DNA of 64,000 nt from Phoronis australis (Eukaryota; Animalia; Phoronida). Each line of letters opens with the position of its first letter. Positions within the stretch are counted from its first letter, which is position 1. The notes beneath the pieces were generated by a model. That model was not told where the DNA came from and ran no database searches. It saw only the letters and a program-made list of their open reading frames with translations. Shown here piece by piece: positions 49,641 to 62,759 of the stretch. The position numbers and the translations under genes were made by a program. The DNA lies in NCBI GenBank assembly GCA_002633005.1, contig NMRA01000063.1, positions 666,427 through 730,426 on the forward strand, given 5' to 3'.

Positions 49641-51309
49641 AAGTTTCACCCATTTATAGATATCAACAGTTGTCTTAGCCCTGGAATGCCAACTCCTCCA
49701 CATGACCTATGTATTCTGTTATAAAAACTTGTGACTCGGGGTCTAGTTTTATGTAATTCAAACGAGTTGCAAAAAGTTGTAGTGACAAATTCCATAGAAA
49801 GATCAAACATCGTAATAAACGGATGCAATCGCAGTGCAACCTCAGCGGCATGAAATTGAAGTTGACATTCCATGAATAGACTTCTGTGGTTTCAGAATGG
49901 TAAATAATTAACACAGCGAGCAGCATTTATTGATGCTCATCAATCTGGTTACTTATAATAACATGGTCATGACATGTGTAATTTAACTAGGACTACATTA
50001 TAAACCTCTAAACTCAACATCAGTTGAACTTATGGTTTACCTTGGTAAACAGAGGAATTGGTCTCATTGGAGTCCAGTTTGTGTGCTTGAAGCGAACACA
50101 TTGAACAGTATGGCTGTTACATAAAAAAATAAAAGTTTTGAATCTGGGCCATACACGCCATAGTCTGAAGTCGAGACTGAATCTTCTGCCCTCTTCTTAT
50201 ACAGTAGAACTCTCTAAATTGGTAGCGCTTCAGTGGGAACTTTAGAAAGGTTAGGATTAATTCCGCAGTAACGCCTCCAAATAACTCCAACTTTGATGAA
50301 ATATCTCAGTCTCACTGGATACAACTTAGCGAGTTCTACTGTAATTCAATGAGAAATCAAAAAACAAGACACAGCAACCACTGAATCTCAACCCAAAAGC
50401 TCCAGTATGCAATAGTTTTAGATGTCTATAACATGGTGTGAAAACAAAAAGTATGCATATGAGTAGGAATTGGGAAATCTGGAGGGAGTGCTTATACCAC
50501 TCACTCAAAAATTCCCAAGACAATGTTCGAATTCTGTGCAAGTGATTATTCTGTGTACTATTTAGATGAGATTGTGGCACGAAAAGACTGATTACCCAAA
50601 CAAGTACCTTTTCACCCCCACTTAAGAAAGTCTTCCTTTACCGACCCACTGTATGGGGCAGCAACAGTTTAGTGCAAATCAAATATACTTAAAAAAGCTA
50701 TGCCGCAATATTTATAGTCCTTGTATTGAAGAACCATTGAAATGTTTCCAGGTACGGATCCAGGCTTTTGAGTTAGGGGGGGCCAGGGCACGGTATTAGC
50801 CAGGATTTTGCCCGTCAGACATTCGCACCCCAGTCAAATGGAATCTGGGAGAATTTTAGGGGGGCATGGCCCCCCTCTAAATCTGCCACTAGTTTCAATA
50901 TAAGAACATAGTATATCACTGGGTTTATCTATACAAATGGGACAGCCAAATACCACACACAAAAGCTTTTCATAATTTCCACTACTGGTACTATAAACAC
51001 TCTTGGCATTGCTATCTGTACCACTATCAAAAATTTGATCTAAAACATTGGTAGTGACAGTTAAATATGTGACGGAAAGAAGTTCCAGTGCTGTCCATTG
51101 ACAAAGCACCAAGTCTGAATTTATCTGTGCCACGGCATCCTCCTTGGACACATCTGGAGCACCAGCAGTCTGCATTGGAGGGGCATCAATTTCTAAGCGA
51201 ATTTCAAGATCTCCAGCTTCTCTTTTGTTCTGCACTAAGTGGAAGGTGTTCTCCTTTCATTTACATACTCTGAAAAGCACAACAGCGGCAATTCAAAAGT
51301 AAAAAAAAA

Positions 51310-51595
51310 NNNNNNNNNNNNNNNNNNNNNNNNNNNNNNNNNNNNNNNNNNNNNNNNNNNNNNNNNNNNNNNNNNNNNNNNNNNNNNNNNNNNNNNNNNN
51401 NNNNNNNNNNNNNNNNNNNNNNNNNNNNNNNNNNNNNNNNNNNNNNNNNNNNNNNNNNNNNNNNNNNNNNNNNNNNNNNNNNNNNNNNNNNNNNNNNNNN
51501 NNNNNNNNNNNNNNNNNNNNNNNNNNNNNNNNNNNNNNNNNNNNNNNNNNNNNNNNNNNNNNNNNNNNNNNNNNNNNNNNNNNNNNNNNNNNNNN
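51310..51595. other. Assembly gap (run of N)
   Basis: 286 N characters. Confidence 0.99.
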
Positions 51596-52176
51596 TGGTG
51601 TTAAAATAGTTAGCACACACACACCGATGCACCATGGCTAAAACACGCCAAGGTTGAACGGTCTTTGTTCTTCGTGTACTGTGATATAATAGCAGTGAAC
51701 TGCATTGTGGGATATGATCTGGTTTGTGTTCCCCAACACCATGTCACGGTGTCAAAGGTCAACTTTTCGGGCATTTTCTTATTTTCGCTTTTTTTAAATA
51801 ACTAAAGATACAATAATACGATGATTGGAATAAAATACATCCAAATAGCAATACCTTGAAGATATTATTGCAATTTAACATACTTGGACCTTGCAAATTA
51901 CACTTTAAGCTTCTCCATTGTTTGTTAATCTACCATTTACTCCCATAATTCAACACTTAAGTGGTCATCTCATCACTGTTTTATTTGCAGTACATGTTCC
52001 TCTGGTATTAGGTTGGTAAGGTCATAAGGTCACATGTTTACTTGCCAGGCCAGTGTGCAATGATGATGCATTGCTTGATAATTTATTCGCTTTGTTTACA
52101 AATAAAATGGACATGGAATGGGGACAAAGGGTAATGGGAGATAACTTGATTGTCATTAAGTGAATCTTATTTCCAG

Positions 52177-52247
52177 GCAGCATCTATTCCTGACTATCGA
52201 GGTCCCAAGGGTATATGGACACTTCTACAGCAAGGCAAAGCACCTAG
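52177..52247 (+). CDS. SIRT7: SIRT7 exon 4 (copy a)
   Basis: ttccag acceptor; AASIPDYRGPKGIWTLLQQGKAP; AG/gtaagt donor; 71 nt. Confidence 0.85.
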
Positions 52248-53240
52248 GTAAGTCAGCAGGTGTTGTGTAGTAGTTAGGTGAAAACTGCTGACAGGGATCT
52301 CGCTGCCTCAATTTTGGGGCCAAATATCGAGCCCCCATTCCTTTATGAAAAATAGTTAAAAACCACACTACATTCCCATCATCAGACTATCCAGGTTAGA
52401 ATTATTTGTACAAAATGTTAAATTCTGGCTGCTTGAGGCATTGCATTGCTAGTGAGCAATAACAACTTTGGGGTGGAACTGGTGGTAGGGGTAGGGTGCG
52501 GGATTTCCCCGTGATCAAAAAAGTCCCCTTGGAAGGCACATTCATTCTCCCCCTGGTGAGTGCATCCACTGTCAAAAAATAAGAGTGGATTTAGACAGCT
52601 TACTGTTGTGAACCTTGTCCCTACTTATTGCTTACTCTCGTTAGACATGATTTCTGACATTCCTATTGGTCAAGACAAAGCCATATAAGTTGACTTCTAC
52701 GTTATTGTTATTTTAAGCACTGAATGTGCTCTCAATGAATAACAAACTGTGAGGTCTTCGCAAACCCAGAAATTACGTCTAATCTGAGCTAGGAACAAAC
52801 AGGAGACCAGTTTTACTATGGTAAGTGATATCAATCAAACCAATTGCAGTTTTAAACGATGCTCTTTTTTGCTGAAATAACACAAAATAGATACGACTAG
52901 TTTTTGGCATTGATTATTGCCAAAGCAATTATCTGTTTTCTGTTGTTACTGACTGCCCTAAATCCAGGTTTCTGAGAATGATATCTATCTTCATATTAGT
53001 TCAATTAATATTAGCCAACAAAATCTTTGTGGAATGTAAAATACCTGAAGCTGCATTACGCACTGCTTAGCTGGCCAAAGTAAAAAATGGAGTTGGACAT
53101 TTTGGTCTCCTAACGTTGATCTTTTAATATTGCTTACCATGACAGGATTGAGTTCTGTTTATTTAATACCTCAATATTGCTTACCATGACAGGATTGAGT
53201 TAATGAATTATTAGACATCAAAATTCTCAAGGTAACTTAC

Positions 53241-53486
53241 CTTTTTATAAGACCAGCTTCAACCTTCATGATGTGTTTATTGTCAAAGCAGCCGTCCTCA
53301 AAATGGTCGGAGCATATTTCGGCTCCGACAGATGGCTGACTCGACAGTCATTTTCAAAAGACGATCAGAGCACACGAAAACCTGCCATTACGCAGCCAGA
53401 TGCTTGTCTTTTTAGAATTTAAATGGGCTCATGCCTTCCACATGGGTGGTGTTAAAATAGTTAGCACACACACACCGATGCACCAT
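53241..53486 (-). pseudogene. THAP-domain first exon of the Kolobok transposase
   Basis: MVHRCVCANYFN..FKF*KD..W.VFV..(fs)..AEICSDHFEDGCF, with gtaagt donor. Confidence 0.7.
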
Positions 53487-54027
53487 GGCTAAAACACGCC
53501 AAGGTTGAACGGTCTTTGTTCTTCGTGTACTGTGATATATTAGCAGTGAACTGCATTGTGGGATATGATCTGGTTTGTGTTCCCCAACACCATGTCACGG
53601 TGTCAAAGGTCAACTTTTCGGGCATTTTCTTATTTTCGCTTTTTTTAAATAACTAAAGATACAATAATACGATGATTGGAATAAAATACATCCAAATAGC
53701 AATACCTTGAAGATATTATTGCAATTTAACATACTTGGACCTTGCAAATTACACTTTAAGCTTCTCCATTGTTTGTTAATCTACCATTTACTCCCATAAT
53801 TCAACACTTAAGTGGTCATCTCATCACTGTTTTATTTGCAGTACATGTTCCTCTGGTATTAGGTTGGTAAGGTCATAAGGTCACATGTTTACTTGCCAGG
53901 CCAGTGTGCAATGATGATGCATTGCTTGATAATTTATTCGCTTTGTTTACAAATAAAATGGACATGGAATGGGGACAAAGGGTAATGGGAGATAACTTGA
54001 TTGTCATTAAGTGAATCTTATTTCCAG

Positions 54028-54098
54028 GCAGCATCTATACCTGACTATCGAGGTCCCAAGGGTATATGGACACTTCTACAGCAAGGCAAAGCACCTAG
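54028..54098 (+). CDS. SIRT7: SIRT7 exon 4 (copy b); gene continues beyond the window
   Basis: Same as copy a except one synonymous ATT/ATA change; no later SIRT7 exon recognised before 64000. Confidence 0.85.
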
Positions 54099-54979
54099 GT
54101 AAGTCAGCAGGTGTTGTGTAGTAGTTGGGTGAAAACTGCTGACAGGGATCTCGCTGCCTCAATTTTGGGGCCAAATATCGAGCCCCCATTCCTTTATGAA
54201 AAATAGTTAAAAACCACACTACATTCCCATCATCAGACTATCGAGGTTAGAATTATTTGTACAAAATGTTAAATTCTGGCTGCTTGAGGCATTGCATTGC
54301 TAGTGAGCAATAACAACTTTGGGGTGGAACTGGTGGTAGGGGTAGGGTGCGGGATTTCCCCGTGATCAAAAAAGTCCACTTGGAAGGCACATTCATTCTC
54401 CCCCTGGTGAGTGCATCCACTGTCAAAAAATAACAGTGGATTTAGACAGCTTACTGTTGTGAACCTTGTCCCTACTTGTTGCTTACTCTTGTTAGACATG
54501 ATTTCTCACATTCCTATTGGTCAAGACAAAGCCATTTAAGTTGACTTCTCCTACGTAATTGTTATTTTAAGCACTGAATGTGCTCTCAATGAATAACAAA
54601 CTGTGAGGTCTTCGCAAACCCAGAAATTACGTCTAATCTGAGCTAGGAACAAACAGGAGACCAGTTTTAGTATGGTAAGTGATATCAATCAAACCAATAG
54701 CAGTTTTGAACGATGCTCTTTTTTGTTGAAATAACAGAAAATAGATACGACTAGTTTTTGGCATTGATTATTGCCAAAGCAATTATCTGTTTTCTGTTGT
54801 TACTGACTGCCCTAAATCCAGGTTTCTGAGAGTGATATCTATCTTCATACTAGTTCAGTTAATATAAGCCAACAAAATCTTTGTGGAATGTAAAATACCT
54901 GAAGCTGCATTACGCACTGCTTAGCTGGCCAAATTCAAAAATGGAGTTGGACATTTTGGTCTCCTAACGTTGATCTTTT

Positions 54980-55122
54980 AATATTGCTTACCATGACAGG
55001 ATTGAGTTGTGTTTATTTAATACCTCAATATTGCTTACCATGACAGGATTGAGTTGTGTTTATTTAATACCTCAATATTGCTTACCATGACAGGATTGAG
55101 TTGTGTTTATTTAATACCTCAA
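54980..55122. repeat. 47-bp repeat, 3 copies
   Basis: Unit aatattgcttaccatgacaggattgagttgtgtttatttaatacctc. Confidence 0.9.
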
Positions 55123-55236
55123 GTCAGAGGCTATTGGTGCATGTGCATTTGAATTGATATAGTTGGCCAACTCCTAGAAATTCACAGATTTTTATTTATT
55201 TATGAACTCAAGTCACATTCAGTGTATGTAGTATCA

Positions 55237-57620
55237 TTTTTGTGTGCCCACAGGATCTTGATGAGATTTGGCAGATGTGTTCCTGTCAACCTGACGACGG
55301 ATGACGACAAAGTTCGCACCTCTGCGACCATCAGTGTGCCCCCAAGTGGCAATTTTAGTTTTTTACGCTTAGCTTTGTATCTTCGGAAGTCCTCGACATA
55401 TTTTCACAAAATTTAGAATATAGGCATCTATTAGTGGGATGACACTATCCTCTCGTTTCAGATGGATTCGACGTAGTTTGTGCCACATAGTGGCCATTTT
55501 TACTGTTTTTTAGTCTGATTTTGCCGTCCGCCCCTCTATTAACCAAATCGCTCTAAGGATGATTGTGAAAATTAGATGTATGTTCTTACTCTGAAAAGGA
55601 TCGCTGACGATGATTTTCCGACAACTTTGACTACTGTGGCACCTCCTAATGGCAGTTTTGTTTTTTTTGCATCCATGTCTGTATCTCCTAAACCGTTTAC
55701 AAGATCATTACTAAATTTTACAAGTGTATTTATATGATCTTGACAACGGCCGACACCGACTTTCTCAGGGATCAGACTACAGATGTGCCCCCTAGGAGCA
55801 ATTTAATTTTTACATTTACCTTTGTATCTTCAAAGGTCTTCTTCATATTTTCATAAAACTTGGCGTATAGGCATCTATTAATGAGATGACGCTATCCTAC
55901 TGTTTTCGAATGGATTCAAGGTATTTTGTGCCACCTAGTGGCCATTTTTGGCATGTATGTTCTTTCTTTGAAAAAGATGGCTGACTATGATTTTCCGATG
56001 ACTTGGACCACTGTGGCACCTCCTAGTGGCAGTTTTGTTTTTTGTGCCCATGGCTGTATCTGATAAACCGTATGCAGGATCTTTTTACTAAATTTAGCAA
56101 GTCTATTTATATGATATTGGCAACAGACGATGTCGACTTACGCACGGATCTTTTCACCAGTGTGTCCCCTAGTGGCAATTTTAGTTTTTTACGTTTATCT
56201 CTGCAGTGTTCTCCACATTATAAGTTCCAAACTCGACGCAAATGTTGTATGTCAGTTATTGACATTGTTTTGTGTCTAACCATGAGCATGGCCATGCTGG
56301 AGGTATTTATATATGGTTTAAAACTGCACACTGCACTGGTGTGACCTACTTCTTAGACACTTCAAAGTTTAGCTTTCCTACCAATGCATCTCATAATTTC
56401 TCCAAAGCATTTGACAGACCAAGAGCAGCAAACAAAAGATCAAAAGTTCCTTTAATAATACCAATGCCGATTTTAATATCAATTAGACATATTAAGTACT
56501 ACTAACATGAGTTCTGATGTGACCTAGTTTTTAGTGACACCTGTTGTCAAGTTTAATAAGCTCATAAAGTTCTAACTTGCCACTAGATGTCAGTCAAAAT
56601 CAAAATTGTCTTTATTAAGCAAATTAAATTGCTTTTTTATAGGTTGACTTGCAAAATTTTAAAGTTAGAATGACAAAGTAGATTAGTCATTCAATTAAGC
56701 AAGCTAGGTGACTCCATGAAATGTTTGTTATTTAAAGTTTTTTTGCAGATTTTGTTAATTATAATTTAAACTTTTGTAGTGTCTTACGAAGTTATACATA
56801 TAGTGTTGACTGCCTCTAATGTTCTGTATTGGGCTTGATGTTGGTTATTCAGGCACTGCTTCAGGGTTGAGGGCTGAAATACCAAGCCAGGACAAAAGTT
56901 CAAACCTGACGCAGCACTTTCTAAACTCGACGCAGCAAAATCCAAACTCGTTACAGCGTCGAGTTAAAACGGGGTGTGGAGAACACTGCTCTGTATATTC
57001 AAAGGTCCTCATCGAAGTTTCATGAAATTTGAAATATAGACATCTATTGATGAAGTGAAGCCATCCTACCATTTTCAGATGGATATGAGGTATTTTGCGC
57101 CACCTAAAGGCCATTTTTACTGTGTTCAAGTCTTTTTTTGGCATCCACCCCTCTATCAACCAAACCATTCTAAGGATGATTTTGAAAATTGGCGTATATG
57201 TTCTCAGTGTGAAGAGGACATTTGACAATGATGACTTCAACTACTGTGGCACCTCCTTGTGGTGGTTTTGTTTTGGTTTGCGCCCATAGCTGTATCTCCT
57301 AAACCCACTGCAGGATCTTTATTAACTTTAGTAAGTGTATTGATAGGAAGCTAACAGCAGACGATAACTTGCAGGCGGCCGCTGTGCCCCCTAGAGGCAA
57401 TTTCATTTTTTCTGTTTCCTTTCTTTCTCTGAAGTTCTGTGTTAGATTTTTATGAAATTTAGTAATTAGCTTTCTATTGAAGAAGCAATGGCATGTTCTG
57501 TTTTCAGATGGATTGGACGTTTGTCACCATCTAGTGGCCATTTTGATGTTACAATACAAACTCTTGAAGTGCTCCGTTTGCGGTGCATTCGTGGGCGCAT
57601 TTCAGTGCATTGTTCTTGTT
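55237..57620 (+). mobile_element. HINE/CTCF-motif family copy with a nested TIR element
   Basis: About 11 core monomers; 3' gtgggcgcat...ttcttgtt at 57591-57620. Confidence 0.78.
56204..56988. mobile_element. Non-autonomous TIR element with a 5-bp TSD
   Basis: Perfect 14-bp TIRs CAGTGTTCTCCACA / TGTGGAGAACACTG flanked by CTCTG on both sides. Confidence 0.82.
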
Positions 57621-57675
57621 CATTCATTCATGTAATTTCAACATTTAAGGCCTTGGCCCACATGTTACATGAAAT

Positions 57676-60600
57676 TTACAGGATAACGCTGAGCAGCTTT
57701 TCCCTGAGGGTAGTGGTGTGAAATACAAATTTCATTAGATTAATCTGAGCAATGGGCTCCGACATTTTCATTAGTTTTACAAATATATGTTTATTTGGTT
57801 CACGCCAGCACCACTCAGGTATAAATGCAGTTCTCAGAGAGCAGTACATTTTACAAACACATATAAAATGGTATTCATCTTGAATTAAGGACGCACACAA
57901 ACAACACACTCGGTATTTTTGGTCCACAAGGGCATGTCTACCTTTCTCTATCATCAAGTTATGGTTGGAGCAACGAAATTTAGCCATAGCTGCTAAAAGA
58001 TATATGGAATATCACGCAACAGATAGGATCCGTTTCAAAATCAATTTTAAATGAGGAATATGTATTAAGTTTTGAGCTATTTTCCACAGCAAAGCCCCAG
58101 TCTTGTAAAAAACAATCTTTTAACTCGCTGTTCAAAAAGGACAAGTAAAGATGCTTCGCAGCCAACTCCCTGATTGTACCATACCAATCCAAAACCATAC
58201 CTTTGCAGCAAATTTCTAACAGATGAAGCCCAATTTTTCCTACCAGCGTCATCCAGTGTGACCAGCTTGTCATAGACAGATTTTGGATTTCGATGTGCCG
58301 ACATTTTTAACAATTTAAACCAATAATTGATCAGTTTAACAAACAACTTAACATAAATTGAATACCTTCCCAGTTCTCTCAGGACAGCTTTATTTGGACA
58401 TGTACAGTTACTTCCAACTCCTAGCAGTTGCTTACAGAATTTCAATTGGACGCGCTCGATACTAGAATATTCTTTAAATCCCCAAATCTCACTTCCATAG
58501 CTAATGATTGGGTATACCATTTTATCAAAAAAATCTCGAGTGCAATTTTCGGTGAAAGTCGTCCACATTTTGACTGAAACCGTTTAATTGGAAAAATTGC
58601 TTTCTGTGCCTGGTGAGACAAAGTTTCCGTAGCTTGCGTGCAGACTAACTTATGAGTAAGATAAATACCCAGGTACTTATATGAAATTTTTTGTATTTTC
58701 TCAATCATCCGTCTTTTCTAAATACCATTATTTTTGTATTTGTAAGGTTGACTTTCATACCCCAATCCTGACAGTATTCATGCAGAGCGTTAAATTGTTA
58801 CTATAGTTGCTGTCTCTGCACAAGCAACCATATCATCAGCGTATAGTAACATACAAATTTGAGGCACATTCTCATTTACGTAAATTCCGCTAATTAAAGA
58901 TTCCTCTAAGTAATCAACAAACTTGCTCAAATACATACTAAATAAAAAAGGACTTAGCATACACCCTTGGCGAGTACCAATATTATTACTGAAAAAGTCA
59001 GTTAACCCACGCTCAGTTCTTACACACGCTCTTAGCTTTGAGTTCATACTTTTCATCAATTTTAAAACACTACCACGAATTCCTATTTTTGAAGCCTATT
59101 CCACAAAAATTTATGTGAAATGCTTTCAAAGGCCCGAGAAAAATCCACGTATATAGCATAAAATCTGCCCCTGCGCTTACTCAAGTACTTATGAATAATT
59201 CCTTGTAAGGTAAAATTTTGGTCTATTGTACTATACCCCTTTCTAAAACCAGCCTGAGCTTCGTTAAATAAGTCATTATCATTGGCCCAACATGTCAGAC
59301 GAGCATTTATAAGTTTCGTAAAAACTTTCCCGAGAACAGGCAGAAATGAAATACCCCGATAATTATTTACGTCATTGACATCCCCTTGCTTATGTAATGG
59401 ACATATCATTGCGTCACACCAGGACTGAGGAAATTCCGTTGATCATAGAGCACTAGTAAAAATGTTTGTCAAAACAGGTGTTATATAATCTTTGGTGGAC
59501 TTAAAGAGTTCATAAACGAGTCCATAAACACCCGAAGATTTACCGTTTGGTAGGTCACGAAGAGCGATAAAAATTTCAGTTTCGCTAAAATCATGATTCA
59601 ATTGATTTGGGTCATCTACCATGCAGTCATTACAATACACATCATGACTTGCCAAGTTTCTTTTCTATTTGTCCAAGCATACGTCCATTATCAGGATTTT
59701 CTTGGTTTAAGAGTGACTGAAAGTGGCAAAACCATTCATCGGCAGAAATAGAAGTATCTGAGGTCATTTTCCTAGAGCATGATTTTACTAGCTGCCAAAA
59801 TGTTTTGGGATTGTTAACATTTTCAATTAAATATTTTCTCAGTCCATCTTTAAATAACTTTTCTTTTGACTTAAAAGTCACTTTGAATTTTTGTTGCAAT
59901 TCTCTGTTCTTATTAAAACTAACCTGATTACTATAGTGCCGGAAACCAGACAACGCACAAATTCTCTCCCTTTTCAGCACCTCTAACTGCTCATCCCACC
60001 ATGATGGTTGGATTTTCACAAATTTAACGGCGGTACTGGAGTGTACAATCATGTCGCAGGCAGCTGATTTATACATTTCATTTAACAACTGAACTGTGTC
60101 TTCAACCCAACAGCTCTCAATAAGATTCGCAGTATCACTAGAGAACACTTGGAACCCACTAACAAACTTGTGCGTGCACTGACTACATCTTTCAGCCTTC
60201 CATCTAACTCTGTCATATTCACGGACGACATAATTTGTGCTGTGAACAGTGTGATCCTGTGACTGAGTGAAGCCGTGAAAAACACAAACAAGAGGAAGGT
60301 GATCAGACACATCCAATAAATCAACTTTAAAATCTGATACAAAATCAAACAATTCAATGGACAATAGTACATAATCAACTACACTACACCCTTTATTAGA
60401 TAAACACGTAAACTCTTCTTCCTCATCACCTGGAAATCTACCGTTACATGCATGGATATTTAACTCGCAACACATTCGCACAATTGATTTTCCAAATGAA
60501 TTAATAACATGATCTTTATTAATCCTTGGAAAATTAAAGGTATTCATACACTATCGCATCCTCAGGTGGCAAGTAAACACAACAGAATAATAAATCCTTT

Positions 60601-60900
60601 TCTGTACACAATAGATTCTTACCAATTAATAGAAAAATACCAAAATCGAAATCACATTTCACTCAAGTTACATGCCGAGCTTAAGATATTTTTACAAACA
60701 CACATACTCCACCGGAGTTTCTACCAAACCTCTTTTTCTTTAAATTAATTTTACTGAAACATTTGTACCCGGGCAAAAAGTTATCAAACTGATTTTCGTT
60801 CGTTGCCCAAGTTTCCACAACTCCAATTAAATCAAAACAACATAAATAATCAACGATACTTTTGTTCTCTGTCTTGCTACCTAATACGTGTACATTCTAG
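57676..60900 (-). pseudogene. LINE ORF2 (endonuclease plus reverse transcriptase), fragmented
   Basis: ORF-track pieces 59642-60547, 59443-59655, 59083-59409, 58790-59059, 58442-58708, 58077-58568 and 57676-57987 are collinear domains. Confidence 0.88.
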
Positions 60901-60909
60901 ACTGTTGTA

Positions 60910-61639
60910 CGTATTTCGCTGGTCCTTGAAGGCTCTGGGCCGTAGATATCTTGCTTGATTTCTTTAACCATTTCCCCGGCATCATCGTAAATAATCTGTT
61001 TTCCACGTCAATAGAGGTTGTTGAATTGTATAGTTGCATTCTCCATATTGTTTTCGTTTGAAAACATGTACAGCTCCTTTCGGGCTTTTCTTACTTTCAT
61101 CGCAAAATCTTCAGAGATGTGAATTGATTCAATGGTTATTTCCTTCTTTTTGCTCATCACTTTGTGTTTGTCTTTCGACGAAAACTTGACAATTATTGGT
61201 CTTTTTTGCTGCGATGTCGACGACCAATCCTATGGGCGCGCTCAATACAGAGGGCATCTAAATGAAGATCGTTCTTCAAGAATTGCATGATAATCTCTTC
61301 AGACTCTTCCCATTATTCATGCTCACTCGAATCTGCATTTTTTTCGTCAAATCCATGGAACACAACATTGTCACGGCGTGACCGGTTCTCTAGGTCTTCA
61401 ACTTTCAATTCAAGCTTGATCACTAGATCATGTAACAGTGCGTTCTCTTTGCGGGCGGTTTCTAGAGATTTCCGTAGAGACTCAATTGCAGAAGTAACCG
61501 TCTCAAACTTTTCATTAACCAAGTCAAAAATTTCCCTGTTGCTTACATCCTTCGACGCGTTATGTTTAGGACTCGATCTCGACATATATGAGCTTATTCC
61601 ACGTGTAACCGGCCTGGCACTAGGTGTGTCAACTGGCAT
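60910..61639 (-). pseudogene. LINE ORF1 (coiled coil plus L1-type RRM/CTD)
   Basis: LENRSRRDN, IERAHR, RPIIVKF, ISEDF motifs with a stop and a frameshift. Confidence 0.8.
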
Positions 61640-62133
61640 GATTGATATTACGTAACACGTCTAAATCAATGTCAGTGTAGGACGCTATCGACAGATCAGA
61701 TACAGTACAAAACCGTCAAAAAACTCATAAAAATAAGACAAACGTGACACCATTCAGGTGTTGGAGAGTCGAGACAGTTCTCGTGCAACTTCTGTATCAC
61801 AGAGATCACTGAATAAGCAGAAAATAGACAAAATTGCCGGACAGCCCTTCACTTCAGTACCTCCACTCCCTCCACCTGACATCAGTTTTCTGTTCTTGTT
61901 TAGTTCATATGGTTAATAAATCCCACTAAACTCTGGGTATGCTGTTGATTTCAATGTTCTTGTTGGTAACTTAAATAGACTGTGAGCACCATTATGAATA
62001 TTAGGAGGCAGAATATATTATAGTCACAGCAGTATTTTTGGTGACTGAGAATTCTGTGCTTTGTTGTTGTTTTCAAGAAGTAGTACATACCCACGATCTA
62101 ATTTCGAACTCTACACTCTATTCACACCGGATG

Positions 62134-62294
62134 ATTAGACTACTTATTTTGTATGTTTAGTCGAAGCATACCTCAGTCAATTTGAGACTAGACTACTTAT
62201 TTTGTATGTTTGTCGAAGCATACCTCAGTCAATTTGAGATTAGACTACTTATTTTGTATGTTTAGTCGAAGCATACCTCAGTCAATTTGAGACT
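62134..62294. repeat. 53-bp repeat, 3 copies
   Basis: Unit attagactacttattttgtatgtttagtcgaagcatacctcagtcaatttgag. Confidence 0.9.
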
Positions 62295-62759
62295 ATGTTG
62301 AGTTTCAAGTACAGATTAGACGTTGGCCTTGAAAAAGTCAGAATAATATTAAGCACCATTAACCTTGTTTCAAGCCACTCAGTCCATCTCATTTTATTAT
62401 CGATGGCATCTGTATTACAATACCCTGACTGTACCTGACCTTTCAAGTTTTACATTAATTTGTCAGTTTATGCGTACTGACTAACATGAGATACCTGTTT
62501 GTGTTACTTTTCCATGTGGGTGAATCAATCGTGGCATAAATATGACATGTCACTGCCAGAGCAATTTGCAGACTTTCATTGTATGACTACCCCTTTTCAT
62601 TTTTATTCTCAACACTAATGGAAACAAGACGCGATGGCCTGTAAAATCGTTTGTAAAATGTTGTTTATAACCTGTTTTTGTATCTGAGGTCTAATTCATT
62701 TTTTAGAAAAAGTACCAAATTGCATTTTTGTCATTTAAGAATAATTCTGGTGTGAACAT

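Larger units (their letters stand above)
47457..51904. mobile_element. Decayed Kolobok transposon with convergent KolX (+) and THAP-transposase (-) remnants
   Basis: TTAA/AGAGGAAATTGCAAGGTC ... GACCTTGCAAATTACACT/TTAA; subterminal inverted motif gtgac.tggtgttggggaacacaaa. The right end is repeated at 53755 in the duplicated block. Confidence 0.78.
51596..55050. repeat. Near-identical tandem duplication, 1851-bp offset (51596-53200 vs 53447-55050)
   Basis: About 20-25 differences over 1.6 kb; contains SIRT7 exon 4 and the Kolobok right end; abuts the gap. Confidence 0.93.
57621..61890 (-). mobile_element. Full-length decayed non-LTR retrotransposon (APE-RT; RTE-X/Proto2-like, clade uncertain)
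   Basis: 10-bp TSD TGTTCTTGTT (57611-57620 and 61891-61900); (TGAA)3 tail; ORF1 DLENRSRRDNVVFHG..IERAHR; EN ETW, SVVDY, SDH; RT NYRGIS, QAGFR, RQGCMLSP, YADD; C-terminal NHNLMIEKGR..C..C..DEYHF. Confidence 0.9.

Noticed and set aside
51239-51635. ORFs spanning the poly-X stretch
   Set aside because: Artefacts of the N gap; only MVHRCVCANYFNT (THAP start) is meaningful.
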